A stretch of 64,000 bases of DNA from Veleropilina oligotropha (taxonomy: Eukaryota): NCBI GenBank assembly GCA_048128005.1, contig JBEUKZ010000022.1, positions 62,001-126,000 on the forward strand, given 5' to 3'. The translations under genes and the position numbers were made by a program. Below the pieces are notes generated by a model that was not told the DNA's origin, ran no database searches, and saw only the letters and a program-made list of their open reading frames with translations. Shown here piece by piece: positions 58,764 to 64,000 of this stretch. Within the stretch, counting starts at the first letter, position 1; each line of letters begins with the position of its first letter.

Positions 58764-60663
58764 TTATAGCACACTATACGCAACTGGTTGATCAGTTTTT
58801 AACAGAAGTTTAGTGTGTTTGGCTTCGGCCAAAAGCCGGCGCACCGCATTTCGTTCATCTCGCGACGTGATTACATCGTTCTCTCGAAGAAAGTCTTCAA
58901 AACTATCGCGGTCCTTGCAGTGAAACAGCGCGACCCAGCGGGTCTGCTCTCTGAGTTCCTTTAAGACCGAGTTGTATTTTTGCGTCACCACCCATACACT
59001 TTGTTCGGCATGCCTTCTGCTAAAGGCCAACTCAGTCAGCATATCCCTTTTCTTGGCTAGGGCCTTGCTGGCGGCGCAGTCATCGATGATGTATAGGGTT
59101 TATTCCCCCTGGAACAACCGGTAGAACCCCCGAAACCAATCGTGAAGTCGCTCACCTGGGGGGATTATATACACCTCCGGGTCAGTCCAGATCCACGGAC
59201 AGGACTGGTATGCTTGGTTGTGCTTGATCGTGGGGCAGATAATTACAATGCGCCGGAACAGACCCCGATAGAATCCTTTCAGCAGTTCAAGCATGAAAAC
59301 CGTCTTCCCACAACCAGTCTGGCCACATATGATTGCGGAGTGGGGATCCTTGGTGTGCGGAAACCGTTCAGTACAATGCTGCGACAAAGTGTCCATTCTC
59401 GATGTTCAGCTGTGCATCCATAATCACGTACAGGTAAACATTCAATGGGCCGGCTGTTTCACCCGTCTTAGTGATCTGGATGGTGATGCCCTCGCTGGCG
59501 TTCTCTATCCTCCGGCGTGACCCATGCAGCTGATCGTCGTCGGTTACCTGCATATCAATCCAGAGTGCATACTTTTTGGTCAAGAACTCACCCAGGGTGA
59601 CATCTGCCAGAGCCAACTCCTTTGCAACCAACGCCACCTCAGGATGCCGTTTGCTGATCGGGTTGGAGGCAAACATTTTTTTAGCTTCTTCCCACACCTG
59701 GTATGAACGCATGCCCTGGCTGTAGAGTTGATTCGGTACACCCTCAATGGTGACCTCGACCTTTGTGATCTTCGGATTGTAAAAGGCCTCGGTGTTGCGA
59801 GCAAATGGTGCTGCGTCTCTCGTGGGGTTCTCAAACAGCAGTAGAATACCTTTCATGGTTAACATTCAGGTTAAGATTCCACAACGTGTCGCTCTTGTCT
59901 TTCGTGAGCTTACGATGACGAAGCACAAGGTCGTATAGGATGGCGAGGCTGCCCGAGTACTGATTGCGTATCATTCTGGCCAGTTCTGCCTGGGTGACCA
60001 TGTCATATTCTAAGCTAATATTTCCGATGCTATAGCTGGCACTGGAGTCATCCGTGTCCCTGATCGTCCTTGAATAGTTATTGAACATTAGTTCATACTC
60101 AGGCCAGTCGCCCAGAGCTCTATGGTAGAATGGCATGTGCCTTTCCAGTAACTCAAAGTCCAGCGGGATGCGAAATCTATTACCGTAATGTCCGATATTG
60201 CCACATGCTCAGGCTCTCTGAAGGCGTTCGCCGCAGCAACACGCAGTCTGGTAACATTTGTTGCCTCGCTGGTATCAATTCCTTGGTATTGGGCATTCTT
60301 GCGCTCCTGGGGTGTCTTCCAGAGATCGTTGTAGCATTGATACACGTCGGAGTCATCGATAGACATGACCTCGTTTCCACTAATCTTGATCGTTGTCTTC
60401 TTGATCACGGCGCGGCCAATGTTCTGAACTACGGTTCTGTTCGGGTTATCCGAGTTCAGAGAGATTGTAAATGCCAAGTGTGCAGTCCCTGGAACGATAA
60501 CGTCATGAGCCCCGAGATTAGGGAACCTAACCAACAACTGCTGGTTTGTGTCAATAGTGGATGGGTTGTTGGTTATGGTAACCGACTGGCGAATACCTTT
60601 GACCCCAAGGGGCTCTCGCAGTCTGCGGTATGGGTCAAGCTTGCGTCCGTATAAGCTGGCCAT
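58764..60663 (-). pseudogene. Copy C packaging ATPase (nonsense) and major capsid protein (frameshifts)
   Basis: GQTGCGKT then a stop at 59100; MCP in three fragments. Confidence 0.87.
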
Positions 60664-60732
60664 GTTGTTATTTACCGGAGGTATAACAGCTATATATATG
60701 TATTAGATGCGTATCCATTCAGTTGTATTCAA

Positions 60733-62040
60733 ATGGTGCAATTCGAGAACCCCACATTCGAGCCCGATAATGATATCATCGGCGATGATGATGCAGTCGG
60801 CGATGATGATATTGTCGGCCCCACTGACTGGGGTCGGCCACAGGAAGGAACCAGTGGTCTGTGGCAAGAGGTTGTGCAAACAGCTGTTGATGATTACTAC
60901 AATGCCCTCGCAAAAGAGGGGGAAACTCCCGTAACTGGGCGTGATTACTCACAGTTTGTCTACGTGGATAGGCAATTGCGAATGAAAGCTTATCCGCACA
61001 TTGATTTAATCAATTCTAGATCTGGTAAGCCCAAGTCGTTGTCAACAATAGCTAGCCAGCGTGGTGGGGGTAATGCGATCAGAGATGGGTTGGGTTTTGT
61101 AGACTGGCAGCGAGGAAAACAGCTGCCCACAAAAGCGGTTGCAGCTCTCCAGGCAGCCAACAATGAGTTGAGCGGTGCGGCCGCCAAGGTAGATAAAGTA
61201 GAACTACACGACTTGGGGCAAACAGCTAAAGATGCATCAGAAGCGATCCACAAAATGGAGATGGCGTTCACAGATGCCGAGATTGATAATATCTTAAACA
61301 CAATGATCGACCCTCTATTAAATCTGCGCGAGCTGCGCGGGCTTGATAAGGCAATTCGACGCGAGCTAACTAAAAACTTGGCAAAACTATCGGCGCTTGA
61401 CGAACACATAGCTCTGGCGAAAAGTAAGATCGATCAGGAAGATGAAGGAGGTGTGGAAGAGTTTGTTCGTCGACGAGTTTCAGAACGTTTGCGCGACTTA
61501 AATGATGAACGAGCAGCTCGCCTAGAGGCAGCCTCATCAAGCCGGGATGCTCTTCGCTCTCAAATCAGCAGGATCCGAGAAACGATAAGTCGGATTCTCC
61601 ACTCAGACACAACGCTGGCCGAGCACAACCGGACCCTGTTTCGCGAGCAGGGGGTCACGATTGTGACGATACTCACCGCGATTGAGTTGGCTATCTCGAC
61701 TTTGGTACTAGCCTTAACAAGCGGAGCGCCGAGCATCTCACCAACACCACCACCTTCCGGTGATGCTTCGCATCAAGGGATAAAGGAGTGGGTAAAAACG
61801 CATCAAGGGATAAAGGAGTGGGTAAAAACGCATCTGCAGAACTTGGGTCGGATTCTGGGCAAACTAGCAGGGAAGGCGGTAGAGGCATTCCCAGGAATGC
61901 TTGGAAGCCTGCTTTCCTGGCTTATCAACATGGTTGGCATAACAGCGTCGTGGCTTGCTGAAAACCTATGGGATGTGATCATAGCAGTTGGGGGGTTGCT
62001 TCTTATTGCCGCTAGACAGTGGGTGAAGCAAGCCAATTAA
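60733..62040 (+). CDS. Coiled-coil/membrane protein, copy C (435 aa, open; 30-bp in-frame duplication at 61771-61830)
   Basis: Homolog of 42041-43354. Confidence 0.8.
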   Translation: MVQFENPTFEPDNDIIGDDDAVGDDDIVGPTDWGRPQEGTSGLWQEVVQTAVDDYYNALAKEGETPVTGRDYSQFVYVDRQLRMKAYPHIDLINSRSGKPKSLSTIASQRGGGNAIRDGLGFVDWQRGKQLPTKAVAALQAANNELSGAAAKVDKVELHDLGQTAKDASEAIHKMEMAFTDAEIDNILNTMIDPLLNLRELRGLDKAIRRELTKNLAKLSALDEHIALAKSKIDQEDEGGVEEFVRRRVSERLRDLNDERAARLEAASSSRDALRSQISRIRETISRILHSDTTLAEHNRTLFREQGVTIVTILTAIELAISTLVLALTSGAPSISPTPPPSGDASHQGIKEWVKTHQGIKEWVKTHLQNLGRILGKLAGKAVEAFPGMLGSLLSWLINMVGITASWLAENLWDVIIAVGGLLLIAARQWVKQAN

Positions 62041-63316
62041 ATGCTAGGCCAACGACAACGCCATCCACAATGAGTGCGGTCTTCTCCTCATTGTGTAGTG
62101 ATACCGAAGCCGCTGGAACAGCGGCCACTGTTACTGTCGGCTCAGCGTTTGGATGCTTCGGAGTGACTACCGGTCTGCTTGTATCTGTCTGTAAGACTGC
62201 GACCTCGTCTTGTGGAATGACCAGTCCTTTTTCTCCAGTCTCCCCAGTGGCGTTGGGAGACACATTGGCTGTGTTGACGGTTGTATTAAGACCTAGTGTT
62301 TGGTTTTGTGTTGCAATGATGATTTTGTTGTTATACCCAGCCACCTACCCGATTCGTAGAAGCATGTCACTTGGCGCCATATAAAGTCCAACGCCGAATA
62401 CGAAGTCTACCTTGGATCTGGCAAACTGTAGCACATCTTGATACCATTTGATTGCTGATGGCAGATCAACTGGAGATGAGATGGCATCTTCCACGTTTGA
62501 CAGGAACTGTGTTTGCGCGTCAAATGCTGTACCATTACCCATAATACTTGCACGTGTCTGAGCCTGTGCTCCAAGAATCGCGCAGACGTAAGTCCTGATG
62601 GAATCATTGAGCCTTTCCACACCGGGTTGGGTAAATCCCGCCGATTTGTACAGAATAAACGAAGCCCAGCCATGAGTGCCAATAGCATCATGTGCTATAC
62701 AGTCCACATGCAGTATCTTCTCTCTCGTAAATGACATCCAACTGGGATCATACTCATGTGCTATGGAGTGGTAGCCATTGTTTGTCCAGTAGTTGTACGC
62801 TGTGCTGAGCCCGCTATTGGGACCCTTGACTCGCCAGTCGGTATGTGGAGACACTCCAAATTCGCTGCAGATCTTCTCATATGCCCTGCGGTCATACGGG
62901 TTGTCGAATGCATCCCATGTCATGTCTTGAAGCAGCGGCGCCTGAATTTCGGACAATACCCTTCTGATCTGATTGTAGACATGGAAGGTGAATACGGCTC
63001 TGGTCAAGTGGTCTTCTGCAGATACCCCGGAACCTGTTGTAGCACACCATACTGCGAAGTTAACCTTGTTCTGCCAAAACCGCATGGGCGTGCTGTTCCA
63101 AGCCTGTATTAGCCGGTCAGTCGCGACGTGTGGGAGGCAATACTTTTGAAAGACATCTGGGTATTTTGCCTGGAATGCAGGATGGCTATTGCTATATTCA
63201 GACGAATATATAATGATGCTTGGTTTTGTAAGCTGCTCATCTTTTATCCGGGTTGGGTACAACCCACCAGTCTGAGAAGCCGCACTCCTATTAAAAGCAA
63301 AGGCACTCTTATCCAT
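62012..63316 (-). pseudogene. ~430-aa conserved protein, copy C (nonsense at 62345)
   Basis: Homolog of 43347-44639. Confidence 0.85.
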
Positions 63317-63335
63317 ATTGTCTGTAAGTACAATT

Positions 63336-63992
63336 ATGTTTCACACAGTAACGAATGTTCAAACGGGGACCGCGGTTGCCCTCCTGCAACCAATAGATAA
63401 CCGGGAAGGAAAGCTATGTGTTGGCTTGCGGTCGCTCGACTATGGGGTCGGTTGGCATAACGTACCCGCTGGAGCTTTCTTTAAAACCCCCAATAACAAT
63501 GTGTCAGTGGCACCAAGTTTCTACAGCTTCAATTCCCTCGCCAAGACTATGAAGAGGTCCCTAGTGAACATGCAGCTAGATGTAAGCCATGCTACGTGAC
63601 TCGCGCAACTCGTTGTTCCAGATGGAAATGAACTTATGCTAAGCGATGATCTACTTAAACTCATCGGCTTCAACGTTTCTGGGTGGCTACGGCCTGGTAC
63701 ATATGACGGGAACAAGAAAGTAGGGTTTGCCATTTCAGCGACCCTACACGTTTATCTGGAGCAGCTAAGTACAACAGATAATGTGAAAGTCGGTGCCCCG
63801 AGCAATGTTCTCGCGGTGGTTCCTATAACTTCGCAGATGTTCGGTGAAGCTGCCCACTTTCATAGTTATCCAGAATTCCAGCGACTGCAGGCCGGGTTAC
63901 TCACAGAATTGAACGTGTATGTCACAGATTCAGGCGGTAACCTGCTAGACAATCACGGTATGCCGATATCCGCAGTCCTTGAGATACAATGA
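63336..63992 (+). pseudogene. Minor capsid protein, copy C (nonsense at 63597); shows the uninterrupted target site
   Basis: GWLRPGTYDGNKKVGF with a single GACGG at 63705-09. Confidence 0.87.
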
Positions 63993-64000
63993 GCAGCATT

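Larger units (their letters stand above)
52143..64000 (+). mobile_element. Polinton-like element copy C (A-type; left end missing, internal deletion, runs off the window)
   Basis: Homology to copy A begins at TTGCAAGACC (A about 19328); collinear genes through the penton. Confidence 0.92.

Overview
Repeat-rich eukaryotic DNA, most likely from an invertebrate animal (inference from the transposon types); no intact host gene is recognisable. Bases 1-18.6 kb hold ordinary transposon debris: a DD34E Tc1, a CR1-type LINE inserted in a SINE and itself carrying a SINE, a Kolobok-like MITE, non-autonomous Helitrons and minisatellites. The rest is dominated by three same-orientation copies of a ~15.5-kb integrating Polinton/Maverick-like endogenous virus. 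Copy A (18629-49558) is decayed, has 60-bp-repeat TIRs and a CCTTG target duplication. Copy B (31761-47181) appears fully intact, has AGCAGC...GCTGCT TIRs and a GACGG target duplication, and is nested inside A's minor-capsid gene. Copy C (52143 to beyond 64000) is truncated and decayed. The element encodes an rve integrase, an A32-like packaging ATPase, putative double-jelly-roll major and single-jelly-roll minor capsid proteins, several membrane proteins and a secreted Cys-rich cargo protein. In place of a canonical protein-primed PolB it has one 1229-aa OTU-like/PolB-like/SF1-helicase/HNH fusion, and no adenain-like protease is recognisable. All domain calls are by motif reading only; no searches were run, and identities are estimated by eye.
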